IMG/VR virus record: IMGVR_UViG_3300010398_000043
Coordinates: 1 to 25,433 of that record
DNA: 25,433 nucleotides
Source of the DNA: a virus
Taxonomy: Duplodnaviria > Caudoviricetes
Direction: 5' to 3' (one strand)
Part shown: positions 1-8,948 of the stretch, piece by piece
How the letters are laid out: the number at the start of each line of letters is the position of its first letter
Numbering within the stretch: position 1 is the first letter of the stretch
Position numbers and translations under genes: made by a program
The notes under the pieces: model-generated
The model's input: the letters and a program-made list of their open reading frames with translations, nothing else
Databases searched by the model: none
What the model was told of the DNA's origin: nothing

Positions 1-131
1 CCAATCAGCTGGTCATAGGACTTGTATGGCTCGAAGTGCTCATCGCCAGGATTGCGGACGACATAGCACGGGTCGGTAATCAGGATGCTGCCGGTGTCCA
101 CACCCGTGCGGCCCGCGCGTACCCAGGTCAT
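1..131 (-). CDS. Phage hypothetical protein, 3' part runs off the window (GVDTGSILITDPCY motif)
   Basis: ATG at 131-129 overlaps the TGA of the upstream gene (ATGA). Own translation: MTWVRAGRTGVDTGSILITDPCYVVRNPG..., open to position 1. Not in the ORF track. Confidence 0.7.
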   Translation of the reverse strand, partial: MTWVRAGRTGVDTGSILITDPCYVVRNPGDEHFEPYKSYDQLI

Positions 132-466
132 GGATTGAGATCCTCCACCCGCTTGTGCGTCCTGAAGGCGCCATGGATCAGCTGTACGCCGTGCTGCACG
201 CGATTCCTGGGCATGGTCGGGTACTTGCGCTGGATGGCGTCCACGGCGCGCCGCTCCAGCTGGCGCCACTTCTTGCCCTGTACCAGCTGATGGCACACCT
301 CGCAGGCCGCCCAGTCGTTGTCTGACTTGCCGATGTAGGCCATGCCGCCCGCGTCGTTCAGGCCGACCACCTCGAAGGTCTCGCAATCTTCCAGATAGCG
401 CGGCTCGGCCGAGGAGCAAAAGTCGCAGACCGGGTGCGGGGCGACGCGGACCTCGTACTCAGCCAT
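128..466 (-). CDS. Small Zn-finger protein (CDFC...CEVC)
   Basis: Two CxxC pairs. ATG at 466 overlaps the end of the upstream gene. Confidence 0.7.
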   Translation of the reverse strand: MAEYEVRVAPHPVCDFCSSAEPRYLEDCETFEVVGLNDAGGMAYIGKSDNDWAACEVCHQLVQGKKWRQLERRAVDAIQRKYPTMPRNRVQHGVQLIHGAFRTHKRVEDLNP

Positions 467-809
467 GCGCTTGATTCCGATTGCCGCCCAAGCGGATGCG
501 CTTGATGGGCCGCGTGACCACCGATTCAGGTGGCTCTTCAATGAGCGAGACGAGGTCGATGTACACGCGGATGCCGTCCTTGTTGCGCTGGACGACGGTC
601 CTGGCTTTCCAGTTGTCGCGCTTGAGCCGGTGCGCCATGCCGCCGCGCATGCGCTCCACTTCCTTCTGGTCAGCCAGGCTGACGACTGTCACGCGGCCCT
701 CCAGATGGTCGTTGATGACTCGCTCGGCCAGGGATGCCCAGATGCTGCCGGCCGATGGACGCGTGCTGGCAGGCATCTGGTCGCGAGGGATGCTTTCGAG
801 GATCTCCAC
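459..809 (-). CDS. Hypothetical protein
   Basis: GTG start preceded by GGAGG; tightly packed between its neighbours. Confidence 0.7.
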   Translation of the reverse strand: MEILESIPRDQMPASTRPSAGSIWASLAERVINDHLEGRVTVVSLADQKEVERMRGGMAHRLKRDNWKARTVVQRNKDGIRVYIDLVSLIEEPPESVVTRPIKRIRLGGNRNQAHG

Positions 810-812
810 GCC

Positions 813-1805
813 TCAGTCCTCCAGCTGCTGGGGCGCCGGGTTGTGGTCAGGCCTGGACGCCCAGTTCATGCGCGACGAGAAGCTGACACCGCGACCAGGG
901 TTGACCTGGGCCAGGTTCGGTGTCCAGGCTGGCAGCAGATCCTTGACGCGTTTGCCCTTCTTGCGCCAGCTGTCGTTGACCATGTCTGCGATGGCCATGC
1001 CAAACGTGTTCGAGCGCTTGCCCACGTCCACGCGGCCCCAGATCGAGGCTGCCCGATCATGCCAGGCATTCAGACCAGCTGCTCCGAGCATCCCGGCCAC
1101 GTCGTTGCGTTCCACCCGATCCGCGTATCGCAGGTAGAACGAGAACACGCCCTCCAGCTGCATCTCGCCCAGTGATTCACGCTGGCCGTCGAAGGCGATA
1201 GCCAGGAAGCTGAGCGTCCAGTCCAGGCCCTCAGGCCCACCTCGGGCATAGATCCACTCGATGCGTGCCACGGCCTGGATGCGGGCGTCCTGATAGCCCG
1301 AGGCGTCCAACACGAAGCCGTTGGCCTCCACGATGCGCACGATGTTGTTGGCGCCCTGGTCGCCGGCGACCAGCTTCGACTGAAAGCGCGTCCAGGGCGT
1401 CTGGCCCAGCACGGTGCCGAGTTTGGTGTACAGGTCGGCCTCGCGCGCCTGCTCCAGGCCCGAGAAGATCATGGCCGGCAGGCTGGCGATGCCCTTCTCG
1501 AAGGCAATTACCCTGCGGTGGTTACCGTCCACCACGAAGAGCGAGCCATCGGCACGCTTGGAGATGATCAGCGGCGAGCAGGCCATCGAGTCCCAGTCGC
1601 GGCGCAGCACGCGCAGACGGCCCTCTGAGAGCGGCCTGGCGTAGCCGTTGCCATACGGCTGGGCGTAGTCCACCAGCAGCTGGCTGACGTTGACCCGCTT
1701 GAGTTCGTAACTGGGCATCCTCAGCGGTACCTGGCGCAGGATCTCCTGGGCCTCTTCCTCCGAGCCCTCCGGAAGCTCGTCCATGCTGACCTGGCGTAAC
1801 GCCAT
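813..1805 (-). CDS. ParB/Srx-fold (DUF6551-like) protein
   Basis: Motif RPLS...PLIISKRADGSLFVVDGNHR. RBS GGGAGGACACGC precedes the ATG at 1805. Confidence 0.75.
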   Translation of the reverse strand: MALRQVSMDELPEGSEEEAQEILRQVPLRMPSYELKRVNVSQLLVDYAQPYGNGYARPLSEGRLRVLRRDWDSMACSPLIISKRADGSLFVVDGNHRRVIAFEKGIASLPAMIFSGLEQAREADLYTKLGTVLGQTPWTRFQSKLVAGDQGANNIVRIVEANGFVLDASGYQDARIQAVARIEWIYARGGPEGLDWTLSFLAIAFDGQRESLGEMQLEGVFSFYLRYADRVERNDVAGMLGAAGLNAWHDRAASIWGRVDVGKRSNTFGMAIADMVNDSWRKKGKRVKDLLPAWTPNLAQVNPGRGVSFSSRMNWASRPDHNPAPQQLED

Positions 1806-1819
1806 GCGTGTCCTCCCTG

Positions 1820-1854
1820 AACACAACAAAGGGGCACCCTGGAGAGGGTGCCCC
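1820..1854 (-). terminator. Intrinsic terminator downstream of integrase
   Basis: 10-bp perfect stem GGGGCACCCT/AGGGTGCCCC with a 4-nt loop, followed on the minus strand by TTTGTTGTGTT. Confidence 0.75.
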
Positions 1855-1875
1855 GTGCGATTGAAAGGCCTGCTG

Positions 1876-3231
1876 TTAGCCGCTGGCAGCTGCATCCTGT
1901 GGGGTCTCCAGCAGAGCGTCCACGGCCCCGTCAACCGTGCTGTACAGGCGCGTCTCGTGCGAGCCGGTGATGTGGCCGTACACCGACTCGGTGACGTTGG
2001 TAGACGAGTGGCGCAGGATCTTGGACACCTCCCAGAGGCTCATGCCGCTCTCGATGCCGAGCGTGGCGTAGTCATGTCGAAGCTCGTGGAGGGTCTTGTC
2101 AGGCTGACCCGCGCGAGCAGCGACGGTCTTGAACCAGCGGTACACCTCGTTGGGGTCCATCGGGTTGCCCGTGCGAGTGGGGAAGAGCCAGGCCCAGGGC
2201 GAGGTGGGCTCTGGCCCCTGCCAGGAGTTCTTGTGCGCCGCCGCGAAGAGGGCCACCCGCTGCTTGTGCATCTCCAGCAGCATCGCCCAGCGCTCGGGGT
2301 TGGAGATCGGCACGATCTGGGTGACGCTTTCGTCTTTCATCTTCGCACCGTTGCGCAAGACCACGCCCTGGCCCCTGATGCGGTTGGAGCGGCGGCGGAT
2401 GAGCAGCTGGTTGCGCACGAGGTCGAAGTCCCCGAACTTGAGCGCGCACATCTCCTGGCGGCGCAGGCCCAGCCGCAGCCCAAGGTGAACCACCAACTCC
2501 AACAGTTCACCCTGGGCGGCCTCGAAGATGGCCAGCGTGCCCTCCGGCGTGGGCGCCTTCTTCTCCTGGGCGCGCGGCTTGCGCACCCGGTCATCGGCGC
2601 CGAAGACGGTCACCGGATTCATCAGCAGCTGGGTCACATCGCGCCGCTTGATGGCCCTGGTGACCGAGCCATTGAGCACCACGTAGGCCTTGTACGCGCT
2701 GGCCATGCCCGACTCGGGCTTGCCCTTGAAGCTGGCACGCATGGCCTGCCACCACACCTCGACGTCGGTCACGCGCAGCCGATCCAGCTTGATGCGCGCG
2801 ATAGGCCGCGCCAGGATGTGACGGTCGGCTATCCAGCGGTAATTCTCGTAGGTGGTGGGTTGCTTGCCACCCTCGCGCTCGCCGGTGGCCGGGTCGTAGC
2901 TGGGCTTGATCTCGACTTCGAGCCAGTACTCGATCCACTCGCCCACGGTCGGGGTCGGGGGCAGGCCAGGCAGCTGCTCGCGCACGCTGGTGTCGATACG
3001 ACCAGAGGCGATGTCGCGCTTCCAGTCTTCGAGCTTGCCCAGGGCTTCCTTCTGGGTCTTGCCGTAGAAGGTCTTGGGGCTCTGGCCTGGTCGCGGCCAG
3101 GTGACGATGTGCAGTCTGCGCTTGGCGTCGTAGCGGATGCCGCCGGTGCCGCGCTCGCGGCGCTTGGCCGGGGCGTCGGCAAGAATCGTCGTCGCGACGA
3201 TCTCGGTGGAGCTAAGCTCTTGAACTGACAT
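1876..3231 (-). CDS. int: Tyrosine recombinase/phage integrase
   Basis: N-terminal arm-binding-like region (RRERGTGGI...YGKTQKEA). Catalytic motifs GLRRQE, LHELRH, LRHSS, VYGH. RBS GAGGAGACC precedes the ATG at 3231. Confidence 0.95.
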   Translation of the reverse strand: MSVQELSSTEIVATTILADAPAKRRERGTGGIRYDAKRRLHIVTWPRPGQSPKTFYGKTQKEALGKLEDWKRDIASGRIDTSVREQLPGLPPTPTVGEWIEYWLEVEIKPSYDPATGEREGGKQPTTYENYRWIADRHILARPIARIKLDRLRVTDVEVWWQAMRASFKGKPESGMASAYKAYVVLNGSVTRAIKRRDVTQLLMNPVTVFGADDRVRKPRAQEKKAPTPEGTLAIFEAAQGELLELVVHLGLRLGLRRQEMCALKFGDFDLVRNQLLIRRRSNRIRGQGVVLRNGAKMKDESVTQIVPISNPERWAMLLEMHKQRVALFAAAHKNSWQGPEPTSPWAWLFPTRTGNPMDPNEVYRWFKTVAARAGQPDKTLHELRHDYATLGIESGMSLWEVSKILRHSSTNVTESVYGHITGSHETRLYSTVDGAVDALLETPQDAAASG

Positions 3232-3408
3232 TCGAAAGGTCTCCTCTTTCGGGTGTTTGGGGTGGCCTGAGGTTCCAGTCTCGGGCGCCCCTTCTTCGTT
3301 TGTACCGCCCAGGTCGGCGGCCGGCAAGACTGTACAGAACTGCTTTTGAAAGCGACAACAATAAAAGGGGTTCCAGCGACGCCTGCCCGTCGCAGGCGTG
3401 CCGGCAAG

Positions 3409-3828
3409 CTATGGGTTGTTGTTATGCAGAGCCAGGCGATTGAGCAGCAGCTGCAAGCCATCTAGCTCGGCTTCGCTGAGCGCGTAAGCCAGGCACCACT
3501 CCTCGTCGGGGGTGGCTTTCAACATGCGCCTGAGACGGCGGGTCAGGACTCTGATCTCCTCGTCATGCGGACCAGGCGATTGTGAATTCAAGGGCAAGTA
3601 CCCCGCGTAGCGCAACACCTCGGTGGCATCCACCCCGAGGCTCTCGGCTATCTGCGCACACATCTGCGGCATGGGTACTACCCGCTTGTCGTCATCCTCG
3701 GTCAGCCAGCGTGAGATCACGCCCGGCTGCACTTTCAGCTGGTCGGCCAGCTGGGTATTCGTCCACTGCCGCGCTTCAAGTTCCTCACGGATGAACTTAT
3801 GGAGTGTTGACGGCACACGGCGTGTCAT
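3409..3828 (-). CDS. XRE-family HTH immunity repressor
   Basis: WTNTQLADQLKVQPGVISRWL...QIAESLGV...VLRYAGYL. Lies upstream of int and divergent from the early operon. Confidence 0.85.
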   Translation of the reverse strand: MTRRVPSTLHKFIREELEARQWTNTQLADQLKVQPGVISRWLTEDDDKRVVPMPQMCAQIAESLGVDATEVLRYAGYLPLNSQSPGPHDEEIRVLTRRLRRMLKATPDEEWCLAYALSEAELDGLQLLLNRLALHNNNP

Positions 3829-3939
3829 GGGCAGTCCAAGCCTACTCCCCTGTGAATTGCCCAGGCACTTACTAGGCACGTAAACACTTCGTGAGGACTA
3901 CCCTGAAAGGTTCATGGCGACATGTTCCGGCCTCCCACC

Positions 3940-3969
3940 TTCACACCCTTGTGCATCAAGGTTTACCAT
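3940..3969 (+). promoter_or_regulatory. Candidate rightward early promoter (TTCACA-18 bp-TACCAT)
   Basis: Sigma70-like -35/-10 matches in the lower-GC gap divergent from the repressor. Confidence 0.4.
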
Positions 3970-4304
3970 GCCGCGTTCTCAGAAACACCTCAAGCCCATA
4001 TCGGGCGCAGCACAAGGGTACATAGGAGGGCCGGCTCCAGGGCGGGAAGCTGGAGGCTGGCGTTGCAGTGGTTGGAGGCCTTATGCCGCCGCATGCACAG
4101 AACGACCCAGAAAGCGCAGACCAGCGTCACAATCCGGATTCCTTGAATCCGTCCTCTCGGGACACCCCAGGTCGCCCCTCGTCCGTCTGGCGTTGGCTCA
4201 AGTCGGCCGACGTCGCCATTTCGTCATTTGAAGCCAGCGCCGCAGAGCGGAAAGCTGGCGGGCGCCATGGCAAATCAAGGGCTAAGAAGGGCAGGACGCA
4301 GCCC

Positions 4305-4562
4305 ATGAGCGTCGCAGCCGAAGCTATGACCGCGCCAGAACCCAGTACGCCGCTGCTCGATCCAGAGGAGATGGCCGTATTTCTGGGCATCAGTCGCTCC
4401 ACGTTGGACCGCTGGAGCAAGACACCCGGATTTCCGGTGTTGCGCAGCGGACGCATGGTGCGCTTCCCCTGGCGCAAGGTAGTGGACTTTCTAGAGCAGG
4501 CCTCCACGGAGGGCCGCCAGCTGTACTCCAGAGCGGACCGGCCGAAGGGGAGGCGTAAGTGA
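4305..4562 (+). CDS. Excisionase-like/MerR-type HTH DNA-binding protein
   Basis: LLDPEEMAVFLGISRSTLDRWSKTPGFPVLRSGRMVRF is a typical HTH_17/Xis pattern. Confidence 0.8.
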   Translation: MSVAAEAMTAPEPSTPLLDPEEMAVFLGISRSTLDRWSKTPGFPVLRSGRMVRFPWRKVVDFLEQASTEGRQLYSRADRPKGRRK

Positions 4563-4885
4563 TGAGTGGTCACGAGCCATACGAGCGGTTGCGCCAGATG
4601 CTGGCAGACCGCCAGGCCAGCACCAACCAGCTGCTGGTGGAGATCCTCACCGAGTTGAAGCGGGCCAACTCTGCCGACCGCACGGGTGCGGTCTCCAGTG
4701 TCAAGGTCACCCTCCAGCGCGGCACGGTGGACATCGCCGTACACGCGTACACCGGTTCCGACATCGGTGAAGCCGAGGACCAGGCACTGGCCAGTTACCG
4801 CAACATCCTGACCGAACTGAATCAGGACGGTGCCGAAGGTTTCGCCAGGACACTGGAAGCCATGGGCATCAAGTCGGTGAAGTAA
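4559..4885 (+). CDS. Hypothetical protein
   Basis: Overlaps the upstream stop, has a GGGAGG RBS and is coupled (TAATG) to the next gene. Confidence 0.7.
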   Translation: MMSGHEPYERLRQMLADRQASTNQLLVEILTELKRANSADRTGAVSSVKVTLQRGTVDIAVHAYTGSDIGEAEDQALASYRNILTELNQDGAEGFARTLEAMGIKSVK

Positions 4886-5091
4886 TGACCGTGGTATACG
4901 ACCCAGCCCGCCGCGTGCATACGCCGGTGCTGGCGTGCAGATCGTGTGGCAAGCCATGCTATTTCAGCCTGACCTCCGGTGGCAAACGCGCACCGTTCGA
5001 GGTGGAGGATGGGCAGGCGACGCGCACGCTCCACTTCACCACCTGTCCTGACGCGCGTCGCTGGTCAAACAAGCGGCTGGGGTCCGCTTGA
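4885..5091 (+). CDS. Small Zn-binding protein (CRSC...HFTTC)
   Basis: CxxC plus HxxxC; translationally coupled at both ends. Confidence 0.7.
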   Translation: MTVVYDPARRVHTPVLACRSCGKPCYFSLTSGGKRAPFEVEDGQATRTLHFTTCPDARRWSNKRLGSA

Positions 5092-5432
5092 TATCGGGGG
5101 CGATAGGCGCCCTGATGCTGCTCTCCAGTTGCACACCAGCTGATCCTGCGGATGAAGTTCCAGCTTCCGTGGACTACGGCTGGCCGATTGGTGGAGCGCT
5201 CGGCTCGCGCCTGTATTGCATAGAAGGTTACGAGTCCACACACGGACTCCACATGTTGAACCCCAGCAGTGGGGCAAGAGGATGGTTGCAATGGTTGCCG
5301 TCAACAGCACGCCAGTGGGGCGTGATCGCGGGCGACCGGTACAGCGAGTGGTCGGCCGCCGCAAAGATCGCCGCACGAGGCGAAACTTTTTTCCGCTCGC
5401 AATGGGTGCCGCTTCAGCGCGGCCTCTGCTGA
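5088..5432 (+). CDS. Lysozyme-like (Rpf/SLT-type) transglycosylase, possible lipoprotein
   Basis: CIEGYES...NPSSGARGWLQWLPST...QW...C. Hydrophobic N-terminus ends in an LSSC lipobox-like sequence. Confidence 0.65.
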   Translation: MISGAIGALMLLSSCTPADPADEVPASVDYGWPIGGALGSRLYCIEGYESTHGLHMLNPSSGARGWLQWLPSTARQWGVIAGDRYSEWSAAAKIAARGETFFRSQWVPLQRGLC

Positions 5433-5473
5433 ATTCTTTCTATCCAGACGACGACTTCCGTCGAGGCGTACAG

Positions 5474-5551
5474 GTGAATCTGCCGGTTGTGGTCTTCGCG
5501 TTGCTCGCGTTGTTTTGCCTGGTGATGGTCATGTGGAGCTTGCGCCAATGA
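5474..5551 (+). CDS. Small single-TM peptide (25 aa)
   Basis: GTG after GAGG; MNLPVVVFALLALFCLVMVMWSLRQ; ATGA overlap with the next ORF. Confidence 0.5.
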   Translation: MNLPVVVFALLALFCLVMVMWSLRQ

Positions 5552-5640
5552 CCGTCGCCATTGCACTCGCCGGCTGGATTCTGTTGTCCGGCCTGGTCGG
5601 CTGGGGCTTCTCCCGTTTCATGCGAGCCACCCGTGACTGA
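5548..5640 (+). CDS. Small single-TM peptide (30 aa)
   Basis: Own translation MTVAIALAGWILLSGLVGWGFSRFMRATRD; overlaps both neighbours. Confidence 0.55.
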   Translation: MTVAIALAGWILLSGLVGWGFSRFMRATRD

Positions 5641-6628
5641 GGCCAAAGCGCTGGCCATTCGCCAGACGGTGGGCGTCGAGAAGCTAGGCGAGATCATGTA
5701 CAAGTCCGGCTTCTTTCAAGACACCCAGTCGCAAGCGCAAGCCATCGTCAAGATCCTGGCCGGTGCCGAACTGGACTTCGGTCCGGTGGCCAGTATGAAC
5801 GGCATCTTCATCATCAATGGCAAGACCACGCTGGCGGCCAATCTGGTAGCCGCCGCCATCAAGCGTTCTGGTCGCTACGACTACCGCATCAACAAGCTGG
5901 ACAACACCGAATGCTCGCTCGAATTCTTCGAGATCGTTGGCGGCAAGCGGGACGCCCTGGGCACCTCCAGCTTCAGCATGAAAGACGCTGCTGACGCAAA
6001 GCTGGCGAGCACCACGAACTGGCAGAAGTTCCCGCGCAACATGCTGTTCTCGCGGGCGATGACCAACGGTGCCAGGTGGTACACGCCGGACGTATTCAAC
6101 GGACCGGTGTATTCGCCCGAGGAGATGGGCGCCGATGTGAACGAGGAGGGTGCGCCGGTCTACGAGCCGCCGGAGCCACCAGCTGAGCCGAGCACACCCA
6201 CGCGCGAGCGCAACGCCCAGGACACCACCGTCAGCAGCGCCGACGACCGCTTGTGGAAGCGCTGGGAGGCTCGTCGCTCGGAGGCATTCAAGTACGGCAT
6301 CGTGCCGCCCAACTTGCAGCTGCCCATCGGCCGCAACCAGCTGGTCAGCCAGGGCGCCATGCTCAACGCCAAGATCGAGGCCAAGCAGGCGCAGCTGGAC
6401 CGCGAAGAGTCCGAGCGCGCCCAGGCCCGCCAGGCAGCTGCCGACGACAACCCCGAAGCGGATCACTGGGCCACCAATCGCGCGCTGATGGCCGAGGCCT
6501 ACGCAGCTGGCCTGAAGCTGCACGATCTGCCCTCGGACGCCACGCCCGAGCAGGTTCGCGACTACAACCGAGAGATTGCCCAACAACTTGTGGCAGGAGG
6601 AGACCCTGATGCAAGACCCACGCATTGA
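5633..6628 (+). CDS. RecT-like single-strand annealing protein
   Basis: KSGFF...AQAIVKILAGAEL...IINGK...NWQKFPRNMLFSRAMTNGARWYTPDVFNGPVYSPEEMG. Probable GTG start at 5633. Confidence 0.8.
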   Translation: MTEAKALAIRQTVGVEKLGEIMYKSGFFQDTQSQAQAIVKILAGAELDFGPVASMNGIFIINGKTTLAANLVAAAIKRSGRYDYRINKLDNTECSLEFFEIVGGKRDALGTSSFSMKDAADAKLASTTNWQKFPRNMLFSRAMTNGARWYTPDVFNGPVYSPEEMGADVNEEGAPVYEPPEPPAEPSTPTRERNAQDTTVSSADDRLWKRWEARRSEAFKYGIVPPNLQLPIGRNQLVSQGAMLNAKIEAKQAQLDREESERAQARQAAADDNPEADHWATNRALMAEAYAAGLKLHDLPSDATPEQVRDYNREIAQQLVAGGDPDARPTH

Positions 6629-7577
6629 GCGCTGGCTCACCAACGAGGCCGTCAGCTGGGAGTACGTCCCAGCTGTGGCCATCGCTGAGATCGACATCGA
6701 AGCCTCCAAGCGCAACCAGGCCAGGGTGAATGCGCCCATCGTGGACGACCTCGTGGAGCGCTACACGCTAGCCCTGATCGACGGTAACGAGTTCCCGGCC
6801 GTGATCGGCTATCGCAATGACGCCGGGCGTGTGGTGCTGCTGGATGGCAACCAGCGCTGTGCGGCGGCTATCGACGCCGAGAGATCCATGCTCGACGTGT
6901 ACGTGTGCAGCGGCCTGGACGACATGCAGCGCACGGCGCTGTGCTGGTCGGCTAACGGGTTGAATGGCGACCCAGGCTCGCAGCTGGATCACATCCTGCT
7001 GGCCAAGACCTTCCACCAGCGCTACCCCGGCATCCCGCGCAACGAGGTGGCGCGCCGCTTCCACATCAAGCCCGAGAAGTTCGACCGTGAGATCAGGGCC
7101 GACGAGGTCTCGGCGCGCATGCACGAGTTCGGGCTGGACCCGGACACGATGAGCCAGACCAACAAGGACCGGCTGCACGCCTACATCGACAACGACACCC
7201 AGTTTCGCGAGGCTGGCAAGTTCGTGCAGGAGGCCGGCCTGAAGGGCACGCTGGCCTCCGAATTCTGGGCCGACTTCCGTCGCGCACGCTCCGAGAAAGA
7301 CGCCCTGGGCGTGATCGAGACGTGGCGCAATCGCAAAGACATTGCCGATCTGCTGCGCCGCAAGCGCTTCAACCGGCCGCTCATCCCCAAGAGCCGCATG
7401 CAGCATCTGATCGAGCGCATGAACGGTATCCATCGCTTCCTTGAACGCTACCCCGACGTTGTCTCGCTGGAGGTCGCGGGTCGCGACGAGGTGGCTACCC
7501 TGTCGTCGGCCTACAAAGCGCTGGGGCCACTGATCGCCGCCCTGGTGCGCCAGTCGCAGAGCGTGAGGGCGGCTTAA
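6609..7577 (+). CDS. ParB N-terminal-domain protein
   Basis: NQAR...VERY...FPAVIGY...VLLDGNQRCAAA. RBS GGAGGAGACCCTG precedes the ATG at 6609. Confidence 0.75.
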   Translation: MQDPRIERWLTNEAVSWEYVPAVAIAEIDIEASKRNQARVNAPIVDDLVERYTLALIDGNEFPAVIGYRNDAGRVVLLDGNQRCAAAIDAERSMLDVYVCSGLDDMQRTALCWSANGLNGDPGSQLDHILLAKTFHQRYPGIPRNEVARRFHIKPEKFDREIRADEVSARMHEFGLDPDTMSQTNKDRLHAYIDNDTQFREAGKFVQEAGLKGTLASEFWADFRRARSEKDALGVIETWRNRKDIADLLRRKRFNRPLIPKSRMQHLIERMNGIHRFLERYPDVVSLEVAGRDEVATLSSAYKALGPLIAALVRQSQSVRAA

Positions 7578-7945
7578 TGGGCATCTCCCACGGCGCCATC
7601 ATCCCCAGCAAGTGGACCCCGCTGCGCACTGAGATCGAGCGGGTGCTGGCCGACGGGGCATGGCACGAGGTGGACATCCTGTACTGGCAGGTTGAGCGCT
7701 TCGTGGACCCGCGTATCGCGGCGCGGGCGTGGGCCAGGGCGTATGACCGCAGCACGCGGATCGGCGGCCTGGAGCGAGAGCCGGCCTCGGCGGTACTCCA
7801 CGAGCAGCAGCGCCACGCGCTCAAGGTCGGGCGCCGGGCCGTGTTCTGGGATGCCCTCAAACCGCTCATCGAACGCAAGCGGGTGGAGGCCGACTGCTGG
7901 AATGGGCGCCGCCGCGTGCGTCTGATTGGAAGGCCTCCAGAATGA
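7577..7945 (+). CDS. Hypothetical protein
   Basis: TAATG coupling to the upstream gene. Confidence 0.65.
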   Translation: MGISHGAIIPSKWTPLRTEIERVLADGAWHEVDILYWQVERFVDPRIAARAWARAYDRSTRIGGLEREPASAVLHEQQRHALKVGRRAVFWDALKPLIERKRVEADCWNGRRRVRLIGRPPE

Positions 7946-7963
7946 TGGCGCATTGGTGCCGGC

Positions 7964-8233
7964 GTGCCCGGGCGTAGTCACCACGCCCAGGTCTTCGGCT
8001 CAGACCGGCGGCCGTGGCTGATCATCTCGAAGCGCGAGGCCGAGGCCATTCTGGTGGTCATCAAGGAGTACACCTCCACGCTCTGGAACATGCCTGGCTA
8101 TGGAGCCCAGGAGCAGGATCTGAAGCGTGCCGAGCGGGTCATCGCCAACCAGCTGGTGTACATCGAGGGCGGCCTGGGTGAGGAGCCCAGCGTGATGACC
8201 ACGCTCATGCGTGAGCACGGGCTGAAGCCGTGA
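7964..8233 (+). CDS. Hypothetical protein (start uncertain)
   Basis: Codon usage fits; GTGA overlap with the VRR-NUC gene. Confidence 0.55.
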   Translation: MPGRSHHAQVFGSDRRPWLIISKREAEAILVVIKEYTSTLWNMPGYGAQEQDLKRAERVIANQLVYIEGGLGEEPSVMTTLMREHGLKP

Positions 8234-8550
8234 GCACGCTGCCCCTCGGCCGCCGCATCATTCTCAATGGCCTGAGCGAGCGGACATTCCGTGAACAGGT
8301 GCGCCATTGGGCCGAGGCGCGCGGCTGGACGGTGTACTTCACATGGTCCAGTCGCAACAGTCCAGCTGGATTCCCGGATCTGGTCCTGCTGCGCCCGCCG
8401 CGTCTGCTGATCGCGGAGTTGAAGACGCAAACCGGCAAGACCACGCGCGCCCAGGACAGGTGGCTCGGTCTGCTCGGCCTGGTGCCATGCGTCGAGGTCC
8501 ACTTGTGGCGCCCGTGGGACGAGCAGCAGATCATGGACATCCTTGCGTGA
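8230..8550 (+). CDS. VRR-NUC (PD-(D/E)xK) nuclease / resolvase
   Basis: SERTF...GFPDLVLLRPPRLLIAELKTQTGK...Q..W...WRP. Confidence 0.85.
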   Translation: MSTLPLGRRIILNGLSERTFREQVRHWAEARGWTVYFTWSSRNSPAGFPDLVLLRPPRLLIAELKTQTGKTTRAQDRWLGLLGLVPCVEVHLWRPWDEQQIMDILA

Positions 8551-8948
8551 GCGAGGCGTCCAGGGCGCGGCGTCAGTTCCTGATCAATCGATTAGAAGAG
8601 CTTCGTGCCAAGTACGGGCACGAAGACGACTGGCCAGAATACGAGGCACCCGAAGGCGTGGACTGTGACCCCAGCTGGGGTCCAGTTGGCAGCTTGTCGG
8701 GCGCGAACGACGAACCCGCACCCGTCCCTGAATCGCAGCTGTCGCGGCTGCACTGGTCTGAGGCCCAGAAACAACTGGATCAGTTCGGAGAGACACCCGT
8801 GTATGTGTGTGAGTTGTGCGATGAACAATCTGCCAAGGCGAGCGTGCCGCTGGATGCGTGGCACTGCACGGCATGCGGGGCCTGGGGCAGACCGAGCAAG
8901 TGGCGCCAGAGGAGCGTGCTGCCAGGCACCGACGTGCAACGTGTATGA
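8547..8948 (+). CDS. Zn-ribbon protein (primase Zn-finger-like)
   Basis: CELC...WHCTACG; GTGA and ATGA overlaps with its neighbours. Confidence 0.6.
   Translation: MSEASRARRQFLINRLEELRAKYGHEDDWPEYEAPEGVDCDPSWGPVGSLSGANDEPAPVPESQLSRLHWSEAQKQLDQFGETPVYVCELCDEQSAKASVPLDAWHCTACGAWGRPSKWRQRSVLPGTDVQRV

Noticed and set aside
1783-3228. 481-aa plus-strand ORF
   Set aside because: Antisense shadow of the integrase; such open frames are common in high-GC DNA and it has no motifs.
7943-7963. Stop-codon readthrough joining 7577-7945 to the in-frame 7964-8233 ORF
   Set aside because: An in-frame neighbour has a one-in-three chance, TGA is used as a normal stop throughout, and no recoding signal is evident.
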